Origin: Spirochaetia bacterium
Lineage (GTDB): Bacteria; Spirochaetota; Spirochaetia; DSM-27196; Salinispiraceae
NCBI GenBank assembly: GCA_038204425.1
Contig: JBBRCZ010000003.1
Coordinates: 64,001 to 128,000, forward strand
Length of the DNA: 64,000 nt
Direction of reading: 5' to 3'
This document shows positions 1 through 9,565 of this stretch, piece by piece (within the stretch, counting starts at the first letter, position 1; every line of letters begins with the position of its first letter). The notes beneath the pieces were generated by a model. The model was not told the DNA's origin, ran no database searches, and saw nothing but the letters and a program-made list of their open reading frames with translations. The position numbers and the translations under genes are program-made.

Positions 1-600
1 CATCGAATTGGCGGTAAACATTCCTGAGCAACTTCCACAAGTTGGACAGGCCGCTGCTTCAACCGCATCGAGAGTTTCTTGACTTACACTGTCATCAGCG
101 CTCATAATCATCGCGTCAATTAGGTCATATTTTTCGTCACCGACTTTGCCGGCCTCCATGGGACCACCTGAAACAAAAATTGTGGGCACGTTTAGGCGCA
201 TGGCAGCCATCATCATGCCAGGCGTTATTTTATCACAATTAGATATGCAGATCAGTGCATCTGCGCAGTGGGCGTTAACCATGTATTCTACGCTGTCAGC
301 AATTAAGTCACGACTTGGCAGGCTATAGAGCATGCCGGCATGTCCCATTGCAATGCCGTCGTCGACCGCAATGGTATTAAATTCTGCAGCAAAACAATCT
401 TTGGATTCAATGATCTTCTTTACGCGCTGGCCAATGTCGTGCAAGTGAGCATGCCCTGGAACAAACTGAGTAAAACTATTGGCGATCGCAATAATTGGTT
501 TGCCAAATTGCTCTTTTTTCATGCCATTGGCAAGCCAAAGTGAGCGTGCCCCTGCCATAATGCGGCCTTGAGTATTGGTTGCAGAACGTAGATTGGGCAT
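1..600 (-). CDS. ilvD: Dihydroxy-acid dehydratase, 5' part (runs off the window start)
   Basis: The minus strand from ATG at 600 reads [20 protein letters not shown]... and later [28 protein letters not shown] and [24 protein letters not shown] lies just upstream. The ORF track omits it because it is truncated. Confidence 0.95.
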   Translation of the reverse strand, partial: MPNLRSATNTQGRIMAGARSLWLANGMKKEQFGKPIIAIANSFTQFVPGHAHLHDIGQRVKKIIESKDCFAAEFNTIAVDDGIAMGHAGMLYSLPSRDLIADSVEYMVNAHCADALICISNCDKITPGMMMAAMRLNVPTIFVSGGPMEAGKVGDEKYDLIDAMIMSADDSVSQETLDAVEAAACPTCGSCSGMFTANSM

Positions 601-728
601 GGCTAAAACTCCTCGACTAAAAACACTGCAAGATGGCGTCAATTTACTGTAGTCAGACACAATTTACAACAGGGTGCGTAGACGCTTGCGCTTTGCATAG
701 GTGCTGACCAGTAGTTTTGTCAAAAAGA

Positions 729-1067
729 TTAAATTATGTGTTTTTTGAGTTTGAACAAGCGATGACTGGCAAAGAGTGCGTTGCGCACCAAGCTAGCAAT
801 AATTGGGTCGTCCTCAACCAAGGGAGGCTTGTGGCCGCTAGAACTGGGAAGTGGCAGATTATGCTTGAGTACATATTCTTCCCACACGATCCACAAATGA
901 CGGCTTATCTCAAGCTGCTGGGTGTCGTAGTCCAACAAGTCTTCTTCTACGGCATGCAAAGCGAGAATCAGCGCATAGGTTTTTTTTTCACCGGGCAAGC
1001 GAGTTATAGAAGAGGCAAGGTCCTCAATCAGAACCTGGCACAAGTCGTGTAATTTTGGCATGACCAA
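729..1067 (-). CDS. Hypothetical protein (~110 aa)
   Basis: Co-oriented with the flanking rluA-like and ilvD genes, with protein-like composition but no recognisable motif. Confidence 0.55.
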   Translation of the reverse strand: MVMPKLHDLCQVLIEDLASSITRLPGEKKTYALILALHAVEEDLLDYDTQQLEISRHLWIVWEEYVLKHNLPLPSSSGHKPPLVEDDPIIASLVRNALFASHRLFKLKKHII

Positions 1068-1110
1068 GCAATACTAATCTAGCTTGCAAACAAATAGAAG
1101 CCCAGTTGGC

Positions 1111-1938
1111 TCAGAAGCCAGCCTCTGCTCGTAAGCGCAGAGTCTTTCCGCTAAAAGGATGAACAAAGCGGTAAGCAACACAAGACAACAGTAGAATAGT
1201 ATCAGCACCTGTATCGGTACCTGTATCGGTGGCATAGTTGCCGTAAGTTTGATCACCAATAATTGCCTGCAAGTAGTTTTTACAATGTTTGCGAATTTGG
1301 TGGGTTCTTCCAGTAAGTGGCTTGGCCAAGTAGTGTAAGAAGCTGGCTTCTTTGCGCATTAGGAAAAAAAGTGTTGAGGCGGTTTGCAGTTTTCCTCCTT
1401 TGTCCAAATAGTCATGGATCGCATAGTGCGCCTGCGCGCCTTTAAAATCGGGGCAAACAAGCTGGTAATACTTGTGGATTCGGCGTTCATAAAAGAGCAA
1501 AAAGAGCGCTTTTTCTGCAACTTTGTGCTTGGCAAAGAGCACAAGTCCACTCGTGGCTCGGTCGAGGCGATGGATGGTATTTGGGATGTAGCCGTCGCGC
1601 CTTGCCAAATAACGGTCTATGCCGTGAGACAAGCAATCAATATCAGAAAATATTGAGGGACAAGTGTTAATGTTGTGCGGTTTCCAAACAGCAATAATGT
1701 CATCGTCTTCATATCTAATATCTAACAGTTTCTGATCAAAAGGAATTATCTTATATGCTGGCAATCTTACACACATTGGCCAAACTGGCGAATCATTGCG
1801 ATCTTTCAAGCGCCTATTGCCACCCCAAACGCAGCCCCACAGCAATAGATCGTCTAGGCGAGCCAAATCATTTTCCGATAAGGCCGTTGTTAAGGCCTGG
1901 TAAACGGTCAGAGGAGCGTGGTCGTTTGGGCAATCCAA
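1111..1938 (-). CDS. RluA-family RNA pseudouridine synthase
   Basis: YEDDDIIAVWKP, catalytic HRLDRATSG and TGRTHQIR motifs. Confidence 0.92.
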   Translation of the reverse strand: MDCPNDHAPLTVYQALTTALSENDLARLDDLLLWGCVWGGNRRLKDRNDSPVWPMCVRLPAYKIIPFDQKLLDIRYEDDDIIAVWKPHNINTCPSIFSDIDCLSHGIDRYLARRDGYIPNTIHRLDRATSGLVLFAKHKVAEKALFLLFYERRIHKYYQLVCPDFKGAQAHYAIHDYLDKGGKLQTASTLFFLMRKEASFLHYLAKPLTGRTHQIRKHCKNYLQAIIGDQTYGNYATDTGTDTGADTILLLSCVAYRFVHPFSGKTLRLRAEAGF

Positions 1939-2009
1939 AACTAGGCTTTTGATAACTTGTCTGCTCCTTACTGTGGTCGCAGGATAGATTACATGATAGA
2001 TTAGTGTCT

Positions 2010-2909
2010 ATGTCAGATGCCTACCAGCCCAAGCCGGAGTGGCTAAAAATCCAGCTCAACGGTTCACCGGCCTTTCACCAGGTTAGAGAATCCTTGCAAA
2101 AATCGCGCCTCAATACGGTATGTGAAGAAGCACGCTGTCCCAATCTTCATGAATGTTGGGGCAAACACAAGACGGCTACCTTTATGATACTGGGCGATAC
2201 GTGCACACGCCGCTGTCGTTTCTGTAATGTTAAGACCGGCTTGCCAAAAGTTCTTGATTTGGACGAACCACGCCGCGTCGCCGAAGCTGCGGCCGAAATG
2301 GGCCTCAAGCACGTAGTCGTTACTATGGTCAATCGAGACGATTTAGAAGACGGCGGCGCAGCCATTTTGGCCCAAACCGTTGAAGCCTTGCATCAAGTCT
2401 TGCCGGATGCCGGAGTAGAAGTGCTGTCTAGCGACCTAATGGGCAAGCCGGAAAGCATAGCCACATTGGTAGCCTCCAAGCCAGAAATCTTAAGTCACAA
2501 TCTTGAGACCGTCCGCCGCCTGACGCCATTGGTGAGGTCCCGGTCGGACTACGACCGTTCGCTCGATTTTTTAAAACAATGCAAAGACCTTGACCCTGAG
2601 GCTACGGTCAAATCAAGTTTAATGCTCGGACTAGGCGAAACATTTGAGGAAGTTTTGGAAAGCATGGACGATCTGAGAAAGCACGGCGTAGATGTGCTCA
2701 ACATGGGCCAGTATTTGCAGCCTTCACGAACCCATATTCCGGTTGCTAGATATTGGTCACCAGAAGAATTTGCCCAGCTCAAGGTCCAAGCTTTGTCACG
2801 CGGCTTCCGTCACGTTGAAGCTGCGCCTTTGGTTAGGTCGAGTTACCACGCTGGCGGACAATACGAACAATACAGAAAGAGAATCCATCCACTTTATCAA
2901 GAATCGTGA
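2010..2909 (+). CDS. lipA: Lipoyl synthase
   Basis: CEEARCPNLHEC, radical-SAM CTRRCRFC and C-terminal RSSYHA. I prefer ATG 2010 over GTG 2004 as the start. Confidence 0.97.
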   Translation: MSDAYQPKPEWLKIQLNGSPAFHQVRESLQKSRLNTVCEEARCPNLHECWGKHKTATFMILGDTCTRRCRFCNVKTGLPKVLDLDEPRRVAEAAAEMGLKHVVVTMVNRDDLEDGGAAILAQTVEALHQVLPDAGVEVLSSDLMGKPESIATLVASKPEILSHNLETVRRLTPLVRSRSDYDRSLDFLKQCKDLDPEATVKSSLMLGLGETFEEVLESMDDLRKHGVDVLNMGQYLQPSRTHIPVARYWSPEEFAQLKVQALSRGFRHVEAAPLVRSSYHAGGQYEQYRKRIHPLYQES

Positions 2910-2959
2910 CAAACAAGATTAGCCAGCTTTAAGCATAGCCACCATCAAGGTTTGGTGCT

Positions 2960-4780
2960 CTATTTCTCAATTTGATCAAGCAAGGATCGAGACAGTCTTC
3001 CCTCGGCCACAAAGTAGCGAATAAGTGCATAAATGGCAATATTCCAACCCATGTTTGCTTTGTGGGGTTCGCCTGTCAGCGTATTGAGGTACTCAAAAGT
3101 CGTTCCATACTGGTCAAGCTCTATTTTTATGCGCCAAACTAAAAGCTGGGCCGCGCTTGGAATACCATGCAGGCAAGCGTCCAGCAAAAAAATATTGTCG
3201 TAGAGAAACCAGGATCCGCCGCGAACATAAGCACCGTCTTGGTGTTGGCTTCGATTGGCCTGTGCCACATAACCTGGAATATCGTAGTCAGCTGATGTGG
3301 CAAAGCTGCCATCAATTCTAGTTACGTTTCGATATCCATAGCTAGTCAAAGCAACTTTGTTGAGCAAGTCAAAGTGCGAGTTTACCTGTTCTTTCTTTAA
3401 GAGTGATTTGCCAAAAAGCAACTGCGCCAGTAAGTCTCCAACCAATGGGTCCGGCCCAACGAGATGACTCTTTTTCTTGCTGATTGGGAAATACCCAGCG
3501 GCATTGTACAATTCTTGATAACGTTGTCGCGCTAGGGCAGGATCAACCATTAGTCTAAGCCCCATTTCTTTGGCAGTCATAAGAGCAAGGGCCAATAGAC
3601 CCTGATTGTAAACCACAACATCGTCTGGCTCGAAGGCGATTAAGTCGGCCCAGTACTGAAAATCAAAACGCCCGTCACCGGATGTGTAACTGTGGTATTC
3701 ACCGTCAATCACATGTTCGGTAACTAGGTCTAAGTAGGCTTGCACCCTGGACGGCTCTTGAGCACAACCCATGCGTTGGTTGCGGAAGGCCCAAATTATC
3801 GCCAGAAGAGGATATTCTGCGTAATGATTGAGTACAGCCAGTTCACTGGTTAGTGCTTGTGCATCCATTTTTGGATCAAGCATCATAGAAATCCAAAATG
3901 CATCTCGGTTATACTGTGCATTCGCATATTCAACCGCTGGAACTACCCAATAGTCACTCTTGAGTGACTCATTTTTTCTTAAGTTCATCCATGCTGTTGT
4001 AAAGGCAAGTGCACCAAATTGCCCAACGTTGGGATTGTGTGAAAAATGCCGAGCCACGTACTGATTGACGCCACGACGCAAGATACTCAGTTTGTTGCCT
4101 TCTAAGTTAAAAAGAATGACCTCAAAGTTGTGAGCATTTTGCGAATCACAAGCATGATAGCACTCAATTATCTTACCAGGACTAAAAATTTGGCCCGCAT
4201 CCTTGTTGTAGTTTTCACCGGCGTTAGTGGTGCCGCTTAACCGTAAGCCCGGACTTTGTCCATTGTCACCAGAACAGATACTAAGCTGCTTGTCCGTCAA
4301 ATCAAAGGCTTGCGAGCAGGAGTTTTGGTAGAGGGCCGGTGAGCCACTGACTGCCACATGAAAAACGTCATCTTTATACAAGGCCGCCAAAGGCACGCCT
4401 TGCATCGCAATTTCAGTAACTATCCAAGCATCGAGATCGTGCGGGCTTTGTCTATAAATCTCATCGTGTTTAACCGGACCGTCAAAGTTATAGGGTTCTT
4501 GGTCCTTATAAGAGGTTCTCAAAATAACAAAGCAGTTCTTTGTTTCTAAAGTGCTACTAAAAACCTTGACTGCCAATGATTGGTAGCCTTGTTTGTTTTC
4601 AAGTACAATTTGTACGCGGTACTTCTCAATAAGTATTTCGCTTTTCCAGTCATCAGTGCTTGCGAGCGGGACCTTGGCTACCAGCAATTCTTTTGGCTTG
4701 CCCTTGCCCGCAGAGTTGGGTTCGCAGATCAAAACTTGCCAAGGGTAGTCGGAAACACGATGCATTTTTTTACCTGCCAA
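2960..4780 (-). CDS. Hypothetical protein, probable (alpha/alpha)6-barrel glycosidase-like
   Basis: 606-aa ORF. QYNRDAFW, YNQGLLALAL and YVRGGSWFLY resemble six-hairpin glycosidase / debranching-enzyme C-terminal motifs. The function is inferred. Confidence 0.6.
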   Translation of the reverse strand: MAGKKMHRVSDYPWQVLICEPNSAGKGKPKELLVAKVPLASTDDWKSEILIEKYRVQIVLENKQGYQSLAVKVFSSTLETKNCFVILRTSYKDQEPYNFDGPVKHDEIYRQSPHDLDAWIVTEIAMQGVPLAALYKDDVFHVAVSGSPALYQNSCSQAFDLTDKQLSICSGDNGQSPGLRLSGTTNAGENYNKDAGQIFSPGKIIECYHACDSQNAHNFEVILFNLEGNKLSILRRGVNQYVARHFSHNPNVGQFGALAFTTAWMNLRKNESLKSDYWVVPAVEYANAQYNRDAFWISMMLDPKMDAQALTSELAVLNHYAEYPLLAIIWAFRNQRMGCAQEPSRVQAYLDLVTEHVIDGEYHSYTSGDGRFDFQYWADLIAFEPDDVVVYNQGLLALALMTAKEMGLRLMVDPALARQRYQELYNAAGYFPISKKKSHLVGPDPLVGDLLAQLLFGKSLLKKEQVNSHFDLLNKVALTSYGYRNVTRIDGSFATSADYDIPGYVAQANRSQHQDGAYVRGGSWFLYDNIFLLDACLHGIPSAAQLLVWRIKIELDQYGTTFEYLNTLTGEPHKANMGWNIAIYALIRYFVAEGRLSRSLLDQIEK

Positions 4781-4846
4781 TAAAAATGATGACTCTACTA
4801 TTGCCCATTTTTGGTAAAAAATCCACTACTTTTGGACTAGGTGCTC

Positions 4847-6310
4847 TCAATCCTTCATCGTCGTAAAGGTGAGAAAGTATTCTACAGCACGTGGCCCTGC
4901 ATTTTGGCTGGGGTTGTTTTGTCGACGTTGGTTACCCAAGCCGCGAGTTTGCACTTGGGCAATGTTATCAGCGATACTGTTTCCGATCACAAAGTTGCCA
5001 TCCTCTTCTCGCCATTTGGCCTCTGGGAGTTTGTCTACAAGGTCTTGAGCTGAGGCAATAAATTGCAAACGTTCAATACCAAAAGGAGATTTTACCACAA
5101 ATTTGCCAATGCTAATCCATTTATTGACATCGTCTGCGTTTACGTAGCCCACAAATCGGCGCTTGTTTATTGCGTCGGGTTCCAGCTCGAGCAAAAGTGA
5201 AACTGAATGGCTGGCCATAGAAATATGTTCAACAGCATAAAAGTAACCTGGTCGGTTCATTTTGATGAGTAACTCTATTTCTTGACCGGCTCTAAAAAGC
5301 AAATCACGTTTGCCAAGGCTGCTTGTTGCCTCGATACGAAAGTCTCCAGACCGAACAAAACCTTGCTGAATCAGGGTTTCTATATCGCTGGTTTGTGGTT
5401 CTATTTGGATACCTCGGTACGCCTGTGGCAAGACGCGGGCGATTGAGGTTTGGACCACCTGCCCGTCTTTTTTACTGAGTGCGTAATTTAGAAATAGCCC
5501 ATCATCTACAAAGGTGTAATGACCACGATACACGTAGTCGGCTTTTTCTGGGTCGTTTACCACTTTAAGTTTTGATCGTAGTGTGTCGCAGATTAGGGCC
5601 GCAAAATTAGTAACCTCAGCAGACCCAGGCGCCGACGGTGGATAGACGTAAATCGACGAAACACTGATATCCTTGCTTAATGCCTCGGCAGCTTTGTCTA
5701 AGCTGTCAATCCGCTCACTTATTGCTAAGAGGCGAGCCTGTAGTGCGCCTAGTTGGGCCTGCCAATCGATTTGGACCTCTATGCCAAGCGCTTGGGTGAC
5801 TTTGCGATATTTTTCAAGTTGTAGTTGGTCGCTTTGAAGCGTCAAGAGAAAAGGCTCTTCGTTGCTGGTTTCATAGACAGATCGCACCTTATCCAGCCCT
5901 TGTCTAAGCTTTTTTGAAAGTTCTTCGATTCTGGAAAGGTAGATAGGAAGCGAACTTACTGAATTGAGTGTCGCTTGGGCGCGATACCCGTCTTTGTTGT
6001 TGCCGCTCACATTTACACTTACTCCCAATAGAGGAAGATCAATGCTTGTGGCAAGTTCGGCTTGTATCGAGGCAGAGTAAGACTCCCGACCCTGGCCTTC
6101 TGAGAAGTTTTGCTTTGCAATAACAGTGCTCTTAACTTCTATTTCTATCTGTGAGGCAAGATCCTGAAAAGCATTCTGTCGAGCCAGAATTTCTGTGCTT
6201 CCAGATCCAAATCCCAGCAGGTTCTTTGGCTCAATAGCCTGCGAACTCAGACTCAGAATCAAAATCAAGATGGCACCTAACCTAAACGCGTATCCAGTGA
6301 GTAGTTGCAT
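4847..6310 (-). CDS. Exported protein with LPP20-like N-terminus and DUF4384-like C-terminus
   Basis: Signal peptide, ARQNAFQDLASQIEIEVKS (LPP20-like), and MNRPGYFY / FGIERLQFIAS (DUF4384-like). Confidence 0.6.
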   Translation of the reverse strand: MQLLTGYAFRLGAILILILSLSSQAIEPKNLLGFGSGSTEILARQNAFQDLASQIEIEVKSTVIAKQNFSEGQGRESYSASIQAELATSIDLPLLGVSVNVSGNNKDGYRAQATLNSVSSLPIYLSRIEELSKKLRQGLDKVRSVYETSNEEPFLLTLQSDQLQLEKYRKVTQALGIEVQIDWQAQLGALQARLLAISERIDSLDKAAEALSKDISVSSIYVYPPSAPGSAEVTNFAALICDTLRSKLKVVNDPEKADYVYRGHYTFVDDGLFLNYALSKKDGQVVQTSIARVLPQAYRGIQIEPQTSDIETLIQQGFVRSGDFRIEATSSLGKRDLLFRAGQEIELLIKMNRPGYFYAVEHISMASHSVSLLLELEPDAINKRRFVGYVNADDVNKWISIGKFVVKSPFGIERLQFIASAQDLVDKLPEAKWREEDGNFVIGNSIADNIAQVQTRGLGNQRRQNNPSQNAGPRAVEYFLTFTTMKD

Positions 6311-6459
6311 GGACTTTATCCTTTGCTGGAGTTCCTAATTACAAGCGGTAGTCGCTTAAGTCTACGTTATAGCGGGGAGATGCATCAATAGAGCATGGGT
6401 GGCAGTCGATCAGTTTTTTGCACCTTGAAAAAGCAACAAAAAAGAGTGATAACCTAACT

Positions 6460-7173
6460 ATGATACTAATACTTGGACCTATGGAATCGGAAATCAAGAG
6501 TATTCGACTAGCGATTCTTGAAGAAACAGGCGACGAAGCTCAGGTTCAAGAATGGGCAACAAGGAAAGTCTTGACAGGACGTTTGGCGGGTCAAAAGGTG
6601 ACCTTGACTACGACTGGAGTAGGCAAGGTAAACGCTGCAATGACTTCCCAACACTTTATCGACTGCATGCAGCCACGAGCAGTTATTCTTGTGGGACTAG
6701 CGGGCGCACTCAACGCTTACTTTGAGCGTGGCGACACCATAGTGGCAACTGATCTAGTCCAACATGACGTAGACGCCACTGGTATTGGATTTGCCCGCGG
6801 GCAAATACCATTTGAAAATGGCCGATTTTTTGCCTGTGATAGGCAGCTTCTTGCGCTTGCAAAGTCATATTCCCCGCCATCTGGTTCCGTCTTTGCAGGG
6901 AGAATCTGCTCAGGGGATATTTTTCTAAGCAGCCATCAAACCGAGACATTTGCCTATCTGCATAGCGAACTTGCTGCGGACGCTGTCGAAATGGAGGGCG
7001 CCGCGATTGCGCAGGTTTGTAGCGCCCATCAAGTACCATTTCTTGTAAGTCGCACCATATCCGACAAAGCCAATCAAGAAGCAAAACTCGACTTTGAACA
7101 GTTTTTGCCTCAAGCCGACCGCAACAGTCTTGCCTTTCTGCAGTATTTGTTGCCTAAAATGGCTCCGACCTAG
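6460..7173 (+). CDS. mtnN: 5'-methylthioadenosine/S-adenosylhomocysteine nucleosidase
   Basis: GVGKVNAA, VQHDVD, VEMEGAAIAQV and RTISD motifs. Start moved to ATG 6460. Confidence 0.95.
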   Translation: MILILGPMESEIKSIRLAILEETGDEAQVQEWATRKVLTGRLAGQKVTLTTTGVGKVNAAMTSQHFIDCMQPRAVILVGLAGALNAYFERGDTIVATDLVQHDVDATGIGFARGQIPFENGRFFACDRQLLALAKSYSPPSGSVFAGRICSGDIFLSSHQTETFAYLHSELAADAVEMEGAAIAQVCSAHQVPFLVSRTISDKANQEAKLDFEQFLPQADRNSLAFLQYLLPKMAPT

Positions 7174-7180
7174 CTATATT

Positions 7181-7810
7181 ATGCAGATGACCAGTAAAAA
7201 TAGCAGAAAATTAGTAGTGGGAATGGTATTGAGTTTTGTTCTTCTGAGTGCCTTATCTTCGTGTGTAGCAGCAGAAAAGAATATAGGTGGTGAAAAAGTG
7301 AGAGAGAGTGCAAGTTTTCATGGTTTTCCAATCTTGGCTGCCGGAAGCCACGTTAAGGTGCCTGTTGTCTTTACCGAGAAGGAGTGGAAGTCTCGCTTGA
7401 GTGCCGAGCAATACAAAGTTCTGAGACAAGAGGCAACTGAAGCTTCATGCTCGGGTGCTTTTTGGAATGAAAAACGAGAAGGAACCTACTATTCGGCTGC
7501 GACCGGGCAAGCATTGTTTTTGTCTTCAACAAAATTTGAATCAGGAACTGGCTGGCCTAGTTTCTTCCAACCAGTGAGCAACGACGCAATAATTCTTAGG
7601 GTTGATAATACTTTTGGCATGTATCGCATAGAGGTTATGGATTCCTCTTCGGGAAGTCACTTGGGGCACGTCTTTGACGATGCATACGATACCCCAAGTA
7701 AACTGCGCTTTTGTATCAACTCACTTTCATTGCTCTTTGTTCCAAGCGCTGCGCCCGAACCCGATTTGGTCAAAGAGTATCGACTAAACTATATGACCAA
7801 TACAATTTAA
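7181..7810 (+). CDS. msrB: Peptide-methionine (R)-S-oxide reductase, lipoprotein form
   Basis: QYKVLRQEATE, KFESGTGWPSF, HLGHVF and RFCINS, plus an N-terminal lipobox LSSC. The start is approximate. Confidence 0.93.
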   Translation: MQMTSKNSRKLVVGMVLSFVLLSALSSCVAAEKNIGGEKVRESASFHGFPILAAGSHVKVPVVFTEKEWKSRLSAEQYKVLRQEATEASCSGAFWNEKREGTYYSAATGQALFLSSTKFESGTGWPSFFQPVSNDAIILRVDNTFGMYRIEVMDSSSGSHLGHVFDDAYDTPSKLRFCINSLSLLFVPSAAPEPDLVKEYRLNYMTNTI

Positions 7811-7813
7811 AAC

Positions 7814-8704
7814 TCACATGTGCCCCTTCGTAGATTGGTTTTGGTGTTCAGCTTTTTTTTCTCCTGAGAGTGCCAGAGCACCTACTAAACCTATTACAAA
7901 GGCGGCAACTGCTAAAGGAATGTTAAAGTCCACTAGGTTGGCAGTAGAAAGAGCCATGGAATTAGGTGAGATAGCTCGAAGAATAACGTCAAAAACACTG
8001 CCGAGCACCAGCCCAAGTATTCCCCAGTAAGTCCAAGAGTGAAATTTGTCTAGAAGCACATTAAGAAGTCGAGAGATCAATAATAGCCCTATGATAGAAC
8101 CCAATCCAAACACCACAAGCAACGGCAGGTTAAACTCTTTTATGGCAGTGATAAAAGTTGTATAGGCACCTAGGAGCAAAAGTACAAATGAACCCGAAAT
8201 TCCCGGTACAACCATTGCGCTCATGCCAAGTACGGAGGCACCAAAAAAGGCTAAACCTTGCAGGAAATCAAAAGACCGCATAGGTTCACCTTCTGGAGCG
8301 CGATTGAGCAAGGACAAAAGCACAACCAAAGCAGCGCCCAAAATAAAAGGTATTAAGTACAAAGCGTTAAAGCCGTTTCTATTTGCAATTTTGAGCAAGT
8401 AGGGCAGGCTGCCTACAATTAGGCCTGCAAAAAGCAACGACAGTTGGACCGGAACTGTGGACCGTCCCCATACTATAACAAACGAAAAGCCGACCAAGCC
8501 AATTGCGACACCAAGCAAAATCGGCAAAAGAAAGATAATGTTCTTACGCCAACCGCCTTCGCCACCCTTCACAAAGTGAGAAATGCTTGCTAAGAGCCTG
8601 TCGTAAATACCGGTAATAACAGCGATAGTGCCACCGGATACCCCTGGGACGGCGTTTGCTACACCAATAAAGGCTCCGCGAATCAAATTAATCACATGTT
8701 TCAT
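7814..8704 (-). CDS. DUF368-family membrane protein
   Basis: VPGVSGGTIA and VPGISGS internal repeat motifs, with many TM segments. Confidence 0.9.
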   Translation of the reverse strand: MKHVINLIRGAFIGVANAVPGVSGGTIAVITGIYDRLLASISHFVKGGEGGWRKNIIFLLPILLGVAIGLVGFSFVIVWGRSTVPVQLSLLFAGLIVGSLPYLLKIANRNGFNALYLIPFILGAALVVLLSLLNRAPEGEPMRSFDFLQGLAFFGASVLGMSAMVVPGISGSFVLLLLGAYTTFITAIKEFNLPLLVVFGLGSIIGLLLISRLLNVLLDKFHSWTYWGILGLVLGSVFDVILRAISPNSMALSTANLVDFNIPLAVAAFVIGLVGALALSGEKKAEHQNQSTKGHM

Positions 8705-8813
8705 GATTCCCCCCGCTTGTTTATACCACTCAAAGCTTGTGTTTGAAACAGAAATGTTTGTAATCTCACTTTTGTGGTCGACGTTAAGGTGGCTTTTCTA
8801 CTATCTTATGGGC

Positions 8814-9446
8814 ATGAAAAATCTGATAGTGCTTCCAATCATGATATTTTGCCTCTCGACACTGGTCTATGCCCAAGAGACAAATGACTCCGTCCAGAAT
8901 GACAGTCCGCTTGAAACAGTCGAGCCCGTCGCAAGTCAAGCAAGTGAACCGCCACTAAAGGTTAACAACAGCCTTCAGGTGGACTTTGGCTTTGCATTAC
9001 CCTATCGGGACGATTTTGGTGACTCAGGTCTTGCCTATGTACCGTCTCTTACTTGGCAGTACCATATCAAAGAAGATTATCTACTGGGTATTGTATTGGC
9101 TAGGTTTCAACATCATCCTGCGCGGGAAGCAAACCTGTATTTTTTTAACTACGGTTTTACCTTTACGCACTATATTCCAAAAGAATGGATAGACATGGGT
9201 CCTTTTAAGTTCTTTGCTCGCTATGGGATTTTGCTCTCGCAAGTATGGGAAGAAGGAAAGTCCGGACGGGATATAGCGCACCATACACTGATTGGTCTTG
9301 GTGGCGAGTTTACCTTAGCAGCGGCGCACCGACTGGGTTTGCAGGCAGTCTGGACCTTATCAGAGTATCCAACACTAGGAATAGCCGAAGGTGTGACCAT
9401 GGCAACTATCGGTGCAAGTGTGTACTACCGGCTTGTATTCGAATAA
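8814..9446 (+). CDS. Small outer-membrane beta-barrel protein
   Basis: Signal peptide (MKNLIVL...VYA-QE), alternating aromatic beta strands and C-terminal VYYRLVFE. Confidence 0.65.
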   Translation: MKNLIVLPIMIFCLSTLVYAQETNDSVQNDSPLETVEPVASQASEPPLKVNNSLQVDFGFALPYRDDFGDSGLAYVPSLTWQYHIKEDYLLGIVLARFQHHPAREANLYFFNYGFTFTHYIPKEWIDMGPFKFFARYGILLSQVWEEGKSGRDIAHHTLIGLGGEFTLAAAHRLGLQAVWTLSEYPTLGIAEGVTMATIGASVYYRLVFE

Positions 9447-9565
9447 GCAAACGGCTTGACCACAGCGACTCAGGACCCCATAATCAGCTGTGCCTAGTAC
9501 TTTGCAAATATCGGTTTCTGCAAATAAGCTACTTGGCTACAATATTTTGCGTTGGAGATTAAATT

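Noticed and set aside
146..543. Plus-strand ORFs 146-328 and 340-543
   Set aside because: They are antisense shadows of ilvD. The same applies to the many short ORFs that overlap well-supported genes throughout the window.
717..1052. Plus-strand 111-aa ORF
   Set aside because: It fully overlaps 729-1067(-), which fits the local gene orientation better. Neither has a recognisable motif.
1207..1230. 12-bp tandem duplication in the rluA-like gene (also a 15-bp duplication at 25578-25607 in ftsK)
   Set aside because: These are in-frame two-copy micro-duplications in variable regions, not arrays.
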